This document shows, piece by piece, positions 54,235 through 64,000 of a stretch of DNA of 64,000 nucleotides. The DNA is from Candidatus Fimenecus sp. (GTDB taxonomy: Bacteria; Bacillota; Clostridia; Oscillospirales; Acutalibacteraceae), in contig JAZLBG010000107.1 in the NCBI GenBank assembly GCA_045613585.1, forward strand, positions 10,008 through 74,007, written 5' to 3'. Each line of letters opens with the position of its first letter. The stretch's first letter is position 1. The position numbers and the translations under genes are program-made. The notes beneath the pieces are model-generated. The model was not told the DNA's origin. It saw nothing but the letters and a program-made list of their open reading frames with translations, and searched no databases.

Positions 54235-54906
54235 ATGAAATTAAAACTCTTTATAAGTGCGATACTTAAATTTTCATTAGGTGCAGTTTTAGTAGGGTTA
54301 TTAGTCTTTTTACCGGCTGGAACATTTGCATATTTTAATGGTTGGTTGTTTATGGGTATTCTATTTATCCCAATATTTTTAGCAGGACTAGTAATGATGG
54401 CAAAAAATCCAAAACTATTACAATCTCGTCTTGATACAAAAGAAAAACAAAAAGAGCAAGACCTTGTTGTAAAGTTAAGCGGTCTTATGTTTCTTACAGG
54501 TTTTATAGTTGCAGGTTTAGGTGTTCGTTTTGGGTGGTATATGCTGCCTAAACCTGTGGTAATGGTATCTGCAATTGTGTTTTTAATTGCATATATTCTT
54601 TATGCAGAGGTTTTAAGAGAAAATACATATCTTTCTCGCACTATTGAGGTGCAAGAGGGACAAAAGGTTATTGATACAGGCCTTTATGGTATAGTAAGAC
54701 ATCCAATGTATAGCGTAACGCTACTTTTGTTTTTGTCAATGCCACTTGTGTTAGGGTCAGTTTACTCTTTTGTGATTTTTCTTGCATATCCATTCATAAT
54801 TTCAAAAAGAATTAAGCATGAAGAAGAATTTTTAGAAAAAGAGTTAAACGGCTATAAAGAATATAAGCAAAAAGTAAAATATCGTTTAATTCCATTTATT
54901 TGGTAA
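54235..54906 (+). CDS. Membrane methyltransferase (isoprenylcysteine carboxyl / phospholipid methyltransferase family)
   Basis: Multi-TM protein with GLYGIVRHPMY. Confidence 0.65.
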   Translation: MKLKLFISAILKFSLGAVLVGLLVFLPAGTFAYFNGWLFMGILFIPIFLAGLVMMAKNPKLLQSRLDTKEKQKEQDLVVKLSGLMFLTGFIVAGLGVRFGWYMLPKPVVMVSAIVFLIAYILYAEVLRENTYLSRTIEVQEGQKVIDTGLYGIVRHPMYSVTLLLFLSMPLVLGSVYSFVIFLAYPFIISKRIKHEEEFLEKELNGYKEYKQKVKYRLIPFIW

Positions 54907-54915
54907 AGGTAAAAT

Positions 54916-55398
54916 ATGAGTATTAAAATAGTTGAAGCATATACATATAAAAATGAAGTCAAAGAATTGTTTGCTGAATATACAGAAATGTTAATTGAAG
55001 GTGATGGTAACTTTAAAAGTTATTTGGGTATTCAAAACTATGACCATGAAATAGAAAATTTAGAAGAAAAGTATGGCAAGCCAAACGGCAGACTTTATTT
55101 GGCTTTTTATGATGGCATTTTAGCAGGGTGCATAGGACTTCGTAAAATTGATAATGACAATTGTGAGTTAAAGCGCCTTTATGTGAAACCGCAATTTCGC
55201 GGGAATAAAATAGCTAGTTTTCTTGTAAAACACATTATGTCAGAAGCAAAAGAAATTGGTTATAAGCATATTTTGTTAGATACTTTACCATTTCTTGAAA
55301 CGGCAATAAGTATGTACAAAAAATACGGATTTTACGAAATCGAAAGCTACAACAATAGCCCTATGGAAAACTTGATTTACCTTAAATATGATTTGTAA
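54916..55398 (+). CDS. GNAT-family N-acetyltransferase
   Basis: RLYVKPQFRGNKIAS motif A. Confidence 0.75.
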   Translation: MSIKIVEAYTYKNEVKELFAEYTEMLIEGDGNFKSYLGIQNYDHEIENLEEKYGKPNGRLYLAFYDGILAGCIGLRKIDNDNCELKRLYVKPQFRGNKIASFLVKHIMSEAKEIGYKHILLDTLPFLETAISMYKKYGFYEIESYNNSPMENLIYLKYDL

Positions 55399-55434
55399 AA
55401 ATAAAAGGCTCACAAAAAAGTGAGCCTTTTTTAT

Positions 55435-55522
55435 TGGTGCGGACGATGGGACTTGAACCCACAAGGAAGCAATATCCACAGGAGTCTGAGACCTGCGCGT
55501 CTGCCAATTCCGCCACATCCGC
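55435..55522 (-). tRNA. tRNA-Leu (anticodon CAG), type II with a long variable arm and encoded CCA
   Basis: Acceptor GCGGATG/CGTCCGC, anticodon loop CTCAGAC, T-arm GTGGG-TTCAAGT-CCCAT. Confidence 0.85.
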
Positions 55523-55721
55523 ATATTTGTTTTTTTTAGTTATATCATTACAATTAATTAATAAATGTTTACGACGCGCCCGCGTGACACTTGCGGTACC
55601 CAAAATCTTTATTCGCTTGGAGCGCGAAAAGATTTTGACCGCTGCGTCTTTTTAGCCTTCGCTTCATCCTCCACAGGAGGCGCTCGGCTAAAAACTGCCA
55701 ATTCCGCCACATCCGCATATT
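55501..55721. repeat. 27-bp direct repeat (tRNA-Leu nt 1-22 plus 5 nt upstream) bracketing a 167-bp GC-rich structured insert
   Basis: ctgccaattccgccacatccgcatatt at 55501-55527 and at 55695-55721. Confidence 0.8.
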
Positions 55722-55897
55722 AAATTTACGCCCGATAATAATATCATTTCAATATATAAAAGTCAAGACGATATAGTAAGTGTTTTAAAATTTGAGTTTG
55801 TCTAACTGTTTTATATGCGTTTTCTCGGCTCCCCTTGTCAGGGGAGCTGTCAACGAAGTTGACTGAGGGGTAGTCAAAAACGCTCATTAAAGACTAT

Positions 55898-55949
55898 CTC
55901 TCCCTCCGTCAACGCTAACGCGTTGCCACCTCCCTCGTCAGAGGGAGGC
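55898..55949 (-). repeat. GC-rich two-hairpin element, homologue of the 16954..17003 leader
   Basis: On the - strand: gcctccct-ctgacg-agggagg, caacgc-gttag-cgttg, then GGAGGGA. Compensatory changes relative to the cttcct/aggaag copy. Confidence 0.5.
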
Positions 55950-55989
55950 AAAAGAACACCATTCAATGAGCCCGACAAACTCAAATTTA

Positions 55990-56541
55990 TCACTCTTTAT
56001 TCATATGTACCATATGTGTTTTGCCAAGCATAAGCATAACTGTTGGAATAAGCAGTAGTTGAAGAATTATACCAGGTCCAGCTTTAACAATGGCACTACT
56101 TACAAACATTGAAATGGTAAATCCGTTATCACCAAACCCTAAAAGAATGCATTGAACTATTCCCCAAACCACTCGACCTGCTACCATTGAAATTAAAAGG
56201 CAAAGGTAAAGAGATTTAATGCATTTCCAACGGGATTTCTGGAATAAAAGACCGATAACAAGACCATAAGTTGCAAGTTCAAATGCCATACTTATTGCTG
56301 ATGGAAACATAATGGGCATACCAAATAATGCTGAACGAAGTATTGGCGCAATAAATCCAATTGTGAGTCCATATTGCCAACCACAAATTAGTCCGCAAAG
56401 CATAACAGGCATATGCATAGGTAAAAGCATATTGCCAATTTCTTTAATTTGTGCTGAGAAAAATGGCAAGATAAGTGCAATTGCAAGAAACATTGCAGTT
56501 AACACTAAATACATTAACTTTTTGTTTTTATCTGTACTCAT
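55990..56541 (-). CDS. ECF-transporter S component-like membrane protein
   Basis: 183 aa with six hydrophobic helices. N-terminal region resembles that of ECF S components. Confidence 0.55.
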   Translation of the reverse strand: MSTDKNKKLMYLVLTAMFLAIALILPFFSAQIKEIGNMLLPMHMPVMLCGLICGWQYGLTIGFIAPILRSALFGMPIMFPSAISMAFELATYGLVIGLLFQKSRWKCIKSLYLCLLISMVAGRVVWGIVQCILLGFGDNGFTISMFVSSAIVKAGPGIILQLLLIPTVMLMLGKTHMVHMNKE

Positions 56542-57653
56542 TTTTCAAATTCCTTTGCTACATCCTTAAGCAGTTTTCTGATTTCAAGGTGTTGCGGACA
56601 TGATTTTTCACAAAGTCCGCACTCAATGCAATCAGAAGCCTTACCTTTGCCAACAGTATGCACATCTTCATAATAATATTTTGGATTCCAGTCTTTGAAT
56701 TGTTTACGGTCATTCATACAAGCAAAAACTTCAGGAATAGGAATGTTTTTAGGGCATCCGTCAACACAATAACGACAAGCGGTGCAAGGAATAAGATTTT
56801 GTGCATTCATAATTTTGCAAACCTTGTTGATTGCATCCATTTCTTTGTCGCTGAGTGGCTCAAAATTTTTCATAAAACTGATATTATCATTCATCTGAGC
56901 CATATCACTCATACCTGAAAGCACCATAAAAATACCTTCAAATCCTGCTGCAAAACGAATGGCATAACTAGCAGGAGTACCGCCATTAAGGTCATCAAGT
57001 ACTTTTTTAGCATCATCAGGGAGTTTTACAAGACTACCACCTTTAACAGGCTCCATAACAATAATTGGCTTGTCGTGTTTGCGACAAACTTCATAGCATT
57101 TTCTGCCCTCAACTGATTCATCGTTATAGTCAAGGTAGTTAAACTGAATTTGCACAAATTCTATTTCAGGATACTCTGTAAGAATCTGGTCAAGCACAAC
57201 TGCCTTATCGTGGAATGAAAGTCCAATATGGCGGATTTTACCTTCTGATTTTAATTGGAATGCAGTTTCATAAGCACGACAAGCTTTGTATTTTTCAAAA
57301 TTTGTTGCATTCTGTGCATGCATTAAGTAAAAGTCAAAATATTCAACACCACAGTTTTTTAACTGTTTTTCAAATAAGGGTCTGATTTGACTTTCTTTCT
57401 TAAAAAATCCCTCAGATAATTTATTTGCAAGAATATAACTTTCTCTTGGATGACGGGAAGTAAGACACTTTTTGAGTGTTGACTCATTTCGCATTTCCAT
57501 ATATCCGTGAGCAGTATCAAAATAGTTAAAACCTGCTTCAAGAAATGTGTCAATCATCTGCTTTGATTGTTCAATGTCAATAAGCGGACCTTTGCGGGGA
57601 AGTCGCATACATCCAAAACCGAAATTCTTTTTTACTTCAGGAAAATAACTCAT
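56538..57653 (-). CDS. Aldo/keto reductase with a C-terminal 4Fe-4S ferredoxin domain
   Basis: AKR N-terminus (FGCMRLP..., YFDTAHGY), plus CRYCVDGCP and CIECGLCEKSCP. Confidence 0.8.
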   Translation of the reverse strand: MSYFPEVKKNFGFGCMRLPRKGPLIDIEQSKQMIDTFLEAGFNYFDTAHGYMEMRNESTLKKCLTSRHPRESYILANKLSEGFFKKESQIRPLFEKQLKNCGVEYFDFYLMHAQNATNFEKYKACRAYETAFQLKSEGKIRHIGLSFHDKAVVLDQILTEYPEIEFVQIQFNYLDYNDESVEGRKCYEVCRKHDKPIIVMEPVKGGSLVKLPDDAKKVLDDLNGGTPASYAIRFAAGFEGIFMVLSGMSDMAQMNDNISFMKNFEPLSDKEMDAINKVCKIMNAQNLIPCTACRYCVDGCPKNIPIPEVFACMNDRKQFKDWNPKYYYEDVHTVGKGKASDCIECGLCEKSCPQHLEIRKLLKDVAKEFEK

Positions 57654-57657
57654 AAAA

Positions 57658-58233
57658 TCACCTTTTAGTACCTGTTACCTGATACATTTTATCATTTGAA
57701 ATCATAACATCAACATTAAAGTATGGACTTAACATTTCTGCTAATTCGTCACATTCAGGAAGAATGTTTGAAACCTTTCCTGCTGATTTCATATGAATTT
57801 CATCAAGTTCTTTTTTGCTCAAACCGTGAGCAATTGTGAATCGTCCACCACTTTTTAATGCACTTGAAAGGTTTTCTATTACTTTCAAAGGCTCAGGGAA
57901 ATGTGGGAAGGCATTGTAAATCATTATGCAATCAAATGTTTTATCAAAGGATATTTCTTCAGCATCACCACAAATAAAATCAACTTGTGGGAATTTTGAT
58001 TTTGCTACTTTCACCATTTCGGTTGATAAATCAACCGCGGTAACGCTTGCACCACGCTCAAGATAAGAGGGGAATAATACCCCAGTACCACAAGCAACAT
58101 CAAGTACACGAATATTCTCTTTTATCCCTGCATTATCTAAAATAGTGTTGATAATTTTAATATCTGCAATCGGCTCATTATCCCAACGAGATGCAAACTC
58201 ATCAAAAAAGTCCTTAATTATTTGTTTTTTCAT
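57658..58233 (-). CDS. Class I SAM-dependent methyltransferase
   Basis: VLDVACGTGVL motif I. Confidence 0.8.
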   Translation of the reverse strand: MKKQIIKDFFDEFASRWDNEPIADIKIINTILDNAGIKENIRVLDVACGTGVLFPSYLERGASVTAVDLSTEMVKVAKSKFPQVDFICGDAEEISFDKTFDCIMIYNAFPHFPEPLKVIENLSSALKSGGRFTIAHGLSKKELDEIHMKSAGKVSNILPECDELAEMLSPYFNVDVMISNDKMYQVTGTKR

Positions 58234-58234
58234 A

Positions 58235-59980
58235 TTACTTTTCAATTTCTGCAACCTTTGTATTTACCGCAATAATTCTATCATAGATTTCGTCACTGAA
58301 TTTCTTTTCACGGTCATATGTGTAAAGACCATTCTGCTCTTGCTCAATATCATAAAGCTGAGTGTAGCAGAAACCAAACATCTTATAGTTGCTTACAATA
58401 ACATCAGTAAGACCTACATACCTGTCTGCAAATTCTTCAGGTGTCTTAACGTCTTCGCCGTAACCCCATGATTTAATTGACTGGTCACTAACCCATTTAA
58501 TTCCGCCATATTCACTGATGAATACAGGTCCACCGCTATATTTCTGACGACCAGGGTTATCTTGAAGAACATGCTCATAAAGGTAATCTTCAGTCATAAA
58601 ACGGTCATAGTTGTTTTTGAAAAATTCCACATCATAACTGTAATCGTGTAAATCATAAATATCAGTTTTTACATGGAAATTACCGCTTGTGTCAATACAA
58701 GGACGAGTGCTGTCCACTGCTTTTGTGTAGTCATAAACAGTTGCAAGAAGTGGGTCGTATTGTGGTCTCTTTTTGTAGTCCCAAGTTTCGTTAAATGGGC
58801 ACCAACCAATAATTGCTGGGTGGTTAAAGTCGCGGTCAACTGCTTCTTTCCATTCGTTTAAGAATACATCAACGCTTTTTGGATTGGAGTAATCAAGTCC
58901 CCAGTTAGCATATTCACCCCAAACTATATAGCCCATTTTGTCGCAGAAATAAAGGAATTTTGGGTCAAATACTTTCTGGTGAAGTCTTGCACCATTAAAT
59001 CCAACAGCCATTGAAAGTTCAATATCTTTCATTAAATCTTCGTCATTTGGCGCTGTGTAAATGCCTTTTTTATAGAACCCTTGGTCAAGGACAAGGCGTT
59101 GGAATACGCTTTTTTCATTTATTAAGAATTTATACCCATCAAGGCGTACATTTCTAAGACCAAAATATGAATAAACCTTATCTTCACCAAAAGTGATTTC
59201 TAAATCATAAAGTCGACCGTTGCCAACTTCCCAAAGGTGAGTTTCTTGGAGAGCAATTTGCATAACTTCATTGCCACAAGCATCTTTAAATGTTGATTTG
59301 CCAACGCTTTTGCCATCAAAGAATGCTTCACAAGTAAGGTCTGCTTTGCCTTTAAGATTAAAATTAATTGTAACCATGCCATTTTTGTGGTCAGGGTAAA
59401 TTTTAAAGTTTTCTACACGGGTATCAGGTGCATATTCAAGATAAACTGTCTGCCAGATGCCTGTTGTGCGAGTGTAGTCGCAAGCGTGACTCTTTTTCCA
59501 TTCACTTTGCTTACCACGAATAACATAAGGATTTTTAACATCATCTTCGCAAAGTACGAAAATTTCATTTGCACCATCAACAGCAAGGTCAGTAATATCA
59601 AATTTGAATGATGTGTAACCGCCTTTATGACGACCTGCAAGTTTGCCATTTACAAGCACAGTTGTAAGGTGGTCAGCTGCACCGAAGCACAAGAATACAC
59701 GATTACCATCTTTTTTTATTTCTACAGTTTTCTTGTACCAAACCATGTTGATGAAGTTTTTATAACCTATGCCTGAAAGCTCACTTTCAACACAGAATGG
59801 CACATTGATTTTGTGTGTATAGTTATTATTATTTCTAATTTCAACAGCTACTTTTTCGTCAGTTGAAAATTTAAAACCTAATTTTGCTTTTTGAAAACCA
59901 AAATCCCATTGACCATTAAGAATTTCAATGTTTTTTCTCTCGAATTGGGGACTTGGGTGTTTTGATACTGTAAATTGCAT
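58235..59980 (-). CDS. Glycoside hydrolase family 2
   Basis: GGYTSFKFDIT, WCPFNETW (acid/base NE), FISEYGG (nucleophile). ATG 59980 follows a GGAGGGA RBS. Confidence 0.75.
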   Translation of the reverse strand: MQFTVSKHPSPQFERKNIEILNGQWDFGFQKAKLGFKFSTDEKVAVEIRNNNNYTHKINVPFCVESELSGIGYKNFINMVWYKKTVEIKKDGNRVFLCFGAADHLTTVLVNGKLAGRHKGGYTSFKFDITDLAVDGANEIFVLCEDDVKNPYVIRGKQSEWKKSHACDYTRTTGIWQTVYLEYAPDTRVENFKIYPDHKNGMVTINFNLKGKADLTCEAFFDGKSVGKSTFKDACGNEVMQIALQETHLWEVGNGRLYDLEITFGEDKVYSYFGLRNVRLDGYKFLINEKSVFQRLVLDQGFYKKGIYTAPNDEDLMKDIELSMAVGFNGARLHQKVFDPKFLYFCDKMGYIVWGEYANWGLDYSNPKSVDVFLNEWKEAVDRDFNHPAIIGWCPFNETWDYKKRPQYDPLLATVYDYTKAVDSTRPCIDTSGNFHVKTDIYDLHDYSYDVEFFKNNYDRFMTEDYLYEHVLQDNPGRQKYSGGPVFISEYGGIKWVSDQSIKSWGYGEDVKTPEEFADRYVGLTDVIVSNYKMFGFCYTQLYDIEQEQNGLYTYDREKKFSDEIYDRIIAVNTKVAEIEK

Positions 59981-59994
59981 ATGTTTTCCCTCCA

Positions 59995-60372
59995 TTAATG
60001 GTTGCAATTTCCACCACAGCTGTGGTGCTCGTCATGGTCGTGATGGTCACATTTAGCGTCAGGGTTATATTCTAACTTGCCAACAAGAAGTGAAATCACA
60101 GCACTATTGCAATCACCCTTAACTCCACCATACCATTTTATTCCTGCTTCCAAGAGTGCGTTTTGTGCACCGCCACCAATACCGCCACAAATTACTGTGT
60201 CAACATTATTTTCTTTTAAGAATGTAGCTAATGCACCGTGACCTTTGCCGTTAGTGTCAACAATTTTCATACTAACAATATTATCATTTTCTATTTCATA
60301 AATTTTAAATTTTTCAGTGTGTCCAAAATGCTGAAAAACCATTTCGTTTTCATAAGTTACTGCAATTTTCAT
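59995..60372 (-). CDS. NifB/NifX-family (dinitrogenase FeMo-cofactor biosynthesis-like) protein with a His/Cys-rich tail
   Basis: MKIAVT...VFQHFGHTEKFKIY...GGIGGGA. C-terminal CDHHDHDEHHSCGGNCNH. Confidence 0.65.
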   Translation of the reverse strand: MKIAVTYENEMVFQHFGHTEKFKIYEIENDNIVSMKIVDTNGKGHGALATFLKENNVDTVICGGIGGGAQNALLEAGIKWYGGVKGDCNSAVISLLVGKLEYNPDAKCDHHDHDEHHSCGGNCNH

Positions 60373-60376
60373 AAGT

Positions 60377-61747
60377 TTAGCCCTCGCAAATAATAGTTAA
60401 GATGCTGTTTTCTTTAACATTAAAAGTATTTTTATATCCACCATTATAAATGGTTTTTAATTTGTATTCTTGTGTTGATTCAATGATTTCTATTTCTTTA
60501 AAATCACCATCAAGAGTGATTTCTCTTGACTCACCTTCATTTACAATTATTGTAACAGTCTTGTTTTCAGGTGTTAAGAATGAAAATACATTAAAATCAT
60601 TATTTTCGTCAGGGAAAAATCCATTGTCAAGACAAACTGAATTTATAGGTATGTATTTTGAAAAATGTGCAAATCCATAATAACGCTCTGCAATATACCA
60701 TTCTTCATAGTTGTCAGTAGCAGTAAGGGTAGCGTCAGAGTAGTCAAATCCATCTTCTTTAATAGAAAACTGATTTATTGCAACCCAACTTGTCCAGCTT
60801 TCTGCACCTGCATAAATTAAATCCTGACCAATAATTCTCGCAGTGATTAATGCACCTTTGAAATTCTTTGTATGACTCTTGTTAGGTAATTCGCACCACT
60901 CACTCATATCAAAGCGAAGCTCAGGGTGGGGGGTTACTAACTGATTTTTAAAATCAACACGAGTTTGTGGATTATTGTCATCGTGATATGAATGATATGC
61001 AAATATAGGCATAACACTCATAATAAGTGGGTCTTTTGTGAGTAAATCAAGATACTGTGGGGTCAGCCCCATCATCTGACCACTTTCAGGACCATAAAGT
61101 TTAACATCCATTTTGCGATTTATAATTTCTTCGGCAAAAATGTGCATAACTTCAACCATTTCTTCAGGCTCATAATGACAACCTTCTTGCCATACATAAC
61201 TACCGCCCCATTTCCATTGTGGTTCATTAATAGGGCTTACATATTTAACAGGGAAACCCTCATCAATAAGATGTTGTGTAGCAGTTAAGAAATAATCAGC
61301 AAATTTTCTGTAATTAGCCTTTGGAAGATTGCAAGTGTGCATCATTAAACTACCTGATGCCTGGCCAGTTGAAGTCTGTGACCAGTGTGGTGAGTTGGCA
61401 AATACAATGAGAGTATCAACATTACCCTTGTTAAGACATTTTCTCATAACATCTTTTGCAGTTTTATCAAGAGAATAATCCCAATATCCTTCTTCGTTTT
61501 CGCGGTCATACACATACATACTTTCTGTGCGACGCCATGGATTTTGCACACGGTAGTTCTCCATATCAGTACCGCCACCAATGTTGTAACGGTAAATATT
61601 AAGTTTAAGACCAGAATTACCATATAAAATTTCTGCAATTTCATCTTGTATTTTTTCGTCTTTGCAGTAGTGGCTCCACCAACAAGCAGATGTACCAAAT
61701 CCCTTTAACACCTGTAATTTTTTAGCATTTAAAATATTAATTTTCAT
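60377..61747 (-). CDS. Glycoside hydrolase family 30-like
   Basis: KGFGTSACWW, ANSPHW, SPINEPQW. Confidence 0.6.
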   Translation of the reverse strand: MKINILNAKKLQVLKGFGTSACWWSHYCKDEKIQDEIAEILYGNSGLKLNIYRYNIGGGTDMENYRVQNPWRRTESMYVYDRENEEGYWDYSLDKTAKDVMRKCLNKGNVDTLIVFANSPHWSQTSTGQASGSLMMHTCNLPKANYRKFADYFLTATQHLIDEGFPVKYVSPINEPQWKWGGSYVWQEGCHYEPEEMVEVMHIFAEEIINRKMDVKLYGPESGQMMGLTPQYLDLLTKDPLIMSVMPIFAYHSYHDDNNPQTRVDFKNQLVTPHPELRFDMSEWCELPNKSHTKNFKGALITARIIGQDLIYAGAESWTSWVAINQFSIKEDGFDYSDATLTATDNYEEWYIAERYYGFAHFSKYIPINSVCLDNGFFPDENNDFNVFSFLTPENKTVTIIVNEGESREITLDGDFKEIEIIESTQEYKLKTIYNGGYKNTFNVKENSILTIICEG

Positions 61748-61811
61748 ATATGTCATCCCCACAACATATTACAAAAAGCGGATGCTATTACACAAACATC
61801 CGCTTAAATTT

Positions 61812-63293
61812 TTAGTTATAATAAAGATTATCGTTCTTTTTATAAGGCTCATAAGTAGCATTTGTTCCAAGTTTGCGAAGTGTTTCTTTGTCTGTATCAG
61901 AAAGCACAACTGTGGCATGAACATCACAACCCTTTAAGCCATTAATTGCCTCAAGAGCCTTTTTAGCAAGTGGGTTCATAGTTGCACAAATTGAAAGAGC
62001 AATAAGAATTTCGTCAGGGTGCAAGCTTGTATCACGCTCGTGCATTTTTACTTTTAATTCTTTGATTGGTTCAAAAACAGTTGGAGAGATAAGTAGAATT
62101 TCATCATCAAGATTTGCAAGTGCTTTTAAAGCATTTAAGAGCATAGCAGATGCAGAACTGAGAAGTTCAGATGCTTTACCTGTAATAATTCTACCATCAT
62201 GAAGTTCAATAGCAGTAACAGGAGCATCAGTAGTTTCTGAAAGGTTAAGAGCAGCAGAAACTACAGGACGGTCATCACTTGTAATGCCGAGCTGTTTCAT
62301 AATAAGTTCAATTTTATAAAGTTCGTTTGATTTTTTCTTGTCATTTTTCTGTTGAACAAGATAATTACAATGACGACGCAAAATTTCTTTCTTTGATGCG
62401 GTAAGTACTACGTCATCGTCAATTATACAGTTACCCGCCATATTAACACCCATATCAGTAGGTGATTTATATGGTGACTCACCATAGATTTCTTCAAATA
62501 TTGTATTAAGTACAGGGAAGTTTTCAACATCACGATTATAATTAACCGTAGTTACACCATAAGCTTCAAGATGGAATGGGTCAATCATATTAACGTCGTT
62601 AAGGTCAGCAGTAGCAGCCTCATAAGCAAGATTTACGGGATGCTTAAGAGGTAAATTCCATATTGGGAATGTTTCGAATTTGGCATAACCCGCCTTAATT
62701 CCACGCTTATGCTCGTGATAAAGCTGTGAAAGGCATACTGCCATTTTACCACTACCAGGACCAGGTGCAGTAATAACAATAAGTGAGTGGTCAGACTCTA
62801 TATAGTCATTTTTACCATAACCCTCATCACTTACAATAAGTTCAACATCAAGAGGGTAATTTTCAATAGGGTAATGACGGTAAACATTAATGCCAAGACT
62901 CTGCAATTTCTGTTCAAATGCAGTTACAGATGGCAATGCGCAATACTGTGTAAGTACAACGCCACCAACATAAAGACCAAATCCGTGATAAATGTCAATA
63001 AGACGAAGTACGTCAAGGTCATAAGTAATGCCTAAGTCACTACGGATTTTATTTTTTTCAATATCTTTAGCACAAATAGCAATAATGATTTCTGCATCAT
63101 CTTTAAGTTGAAGAAGCATTTTCATTTTACTGTCAGGTTTAAAACCAGGGAGTACGCGTGCAGCATGGTAATCGTCAAAGATTTTTCCGCCAAATTCAAG
63201 ATAAAGCTTGCCACCGAATTTGCTTATTCTTTCTTTAATATGCTCTGATTGCATACGAAGATATTTATCGTTATCAAAACCTAATTTACGCAT
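61812..63293 (-). CDS. DUF1846 (UPF0371) family protein
   Basis: MRKLGFDNDKYLRMQSEHIKERISKFGGKLYLEFGGKIFDDYHAARVLPGF is the characteristic N-terminus. GGAGGAG RBS. Confidence 0.8.
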   Translation of the reverse strand: MRKLGFDNDKYLRMQSEHIKERISKFGGKLYLEFGGKIFDDYHAARVLPGFKPDSKMKMLLQLKDDAEIIIAICAKDIEKNKIRSDLGITYDLDVLRLIDIYHGFGLYVGGVVLTQYCALPSVTAFEQKLQSLGINVYRHYPIENYPLDVELIVSDEGYGKNDYIESDHSLIVITAPGPGSGKMAVCLSQLYHEHKRGIKAGYAKFETFPIWNLPLKHPVNLAYEAATADLNDVNMIDPFHLEAYGVTTVNYNRDVENFPVLNTIFEEIYGESPYKSPTDMGVNMAGNCIIDDDVVLTASKKEILRRHCNYLVQQKNDKKKSNELYKIELIMKQLGITSDDRPVVSAALNLSETTDAPVTAIELHDGRIITGKASELLSSASAMLLNALKALANLDDEILLISPTVFEPIKELKVKMHERDTSLHPDEILIALSICATMNPLAKKALEAINGLKGCDVHATVVLSDTDKETLRKLGTNATYEPYKKNDNLYYN

Positions 63294-63297
63294 TTTT

Positions 63298-64000
63298 TCA
63301 CTCCTCCGTTTTTTCTGAAACAGTTTCAAGTTTTATATTTTCATCTGTAATATTTTCTTCATTTTCATTTCTGCTTTTAAGCCAGTCAACAACAAGCGCG
63401 TAAACAGCAGATGCGGTAGGCACACCAAGTAATACACCAAGAATACCGCCAATGTTACCGCCAACTATTACTGAAATTAATACAAGCATTCCAGGAAGTC
63501 CCACTGACTTACCAACGATTTTAGGGTAAATAAAGTTGTTGTCAATAGCTTGTAATATAAGCACAAAAATTAAGAAAAATAACGCTTTAAGTGGGCTTTC
63601 CATAAAAATTATAAGACAGCCTATAACCTCACCAACAAGAGGACCAATTACAGGAACAAGTGCAGAAATACCAATTATAACAGAAACAACTGCAGCACTT
63701 GGAAACCCGAAAACAAGCATACCAATAAATGTGAGTACTGCTAAAATAAATGCGTCTGTAAACTGACCTGTAATAAAGTTTGCAAATGAGTTTGATGCAA
63801 CTGAACAAATATCGCAAAGGTGTTTGTAAGGTCTAGCTGGTAAAACAGCCTCTAATATTCTGTTAGTAAAATTGCCAATTCTTTCTTTTTCAGCAAGAAT
63901 ATAAATTGCAATAACAAAACCTAAACCAAGGTTTACTACGGCTGAAACCACAGAAGATGTAACACCCATTGTTGTGTTAAGAATATCACCAGTTGATTCA
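63298..64000 (-). CDS. AI-2E family (PerM-like) transporter; N-terminus lies outside the window
   Basis: Multi-TM C-terminal two-thirds with the typical PVIGPLVG segment. The frame stays open to the window edge. Confidence 0.7.
   Translation of the reverse strand, partial: ESTGDILNTTMGVTSSVVSAVVNLGLGFVIAIYILAEKERIGNFTNRILEAVLPARPYKHLCDICSVASNSFANFITGQFTDAFILAVLTFIGMLVFGFPSAAVVSVIIGISALVPVIGPLVGEVIGCLIIFMESPLKALFFLIFVLILQAIDNNFIYPKIVGKSVGLPGMLVLISVIVGGNIGGILGVLLGVPTASAVYALVVDWLKSRNENEENITDENIKLETVSEKTEE

Noticed and set aside
55285-55655. Three ORFs from the track overlapping tRNA-Leu and the GC-rich insert (55285-55524, 55382-55603, 55434-55655)
   Set aside because: They run through a tRNA gene and structured GC-rich repeats, where all frames tend to stay open. 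They have no RBS.
55744-55887. 47-aa ORF downstream of the GGAGGGA of the 55898-55949 element
   Set aside because: It has an SD-like sequence, but it reads straight through two perfect hairpins (gtcaac/gttgac and gctcccc/ggggagc). It is more likely structured RNA than coding and is mentioned only as context.
3052-63329. Upstream-extended ORF starts in the track (for example 4857, 6304, 9947, 10817, 15120, 41116, 41404, 50703, 52707, 54139, 60007, 63329)
   Set aside because: In each case an internal ATG, GTG or TTG is preceded by a good Shine-Dalgarno sequence at 6-10 nt and matches the expected N-terminus of the family. The extension has no RBS or overlaps the neighbouring gene or its terminator.

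Overview
Low-GC Firmicutes/Clostridia-like chromosome. Glycan-utilisation and housekeeping genes flank both sides: GH35, GH36, GH31, GH2, GH30, aldo/keto reductases and MerR regulators. They are interrupted at tRNA-Trp by a ~34.9 kb integrative mobilizable element (about 6434..41303). The element is bounded by a perfect 37-bp direct repeat derived from the tRNA. It carries a tyrosine integrase and Xis at the right end and a Rep-like protein, a MobV-type relaxase and a candidate oriT at the left end. Its cargo is almost entirely phage-defence-like: two dGTPase-type HD hydrolases (one in an operon with a reverse transcriptase), a HEPN protein, a macro/nuclease/vWA cluster, a McrBC-type (LlaJI-like) R-M system with a fused C5+N6A methyltransferase, an OLD/PARIS-like ATPase-TOPRIM protein, and several operons with no recognisable domains. 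The most unusual observation is that five otherwise unrelated cargo modules are each preceded by the same fixed-geometry element, TGTCACA-N16-CGAT, with a palindromic TTTGT-C-ACAAA core. The island also encodes an orphan Spo0A DNA-binding domain, a candidate regulator for it. Just outside attR lies a large gene with two PD-(D/E)XK-like motifs and a PolC-like N-terminal segment. Other features are a conserved terminator family at cassette seams, a duplicated tRNA-Leu 5' end bracketing a GC-rich structured insert, and a structured GC-rich leader present in two copies with compensatory changes. All functional calls come from reading motifs by eye, with no database search.
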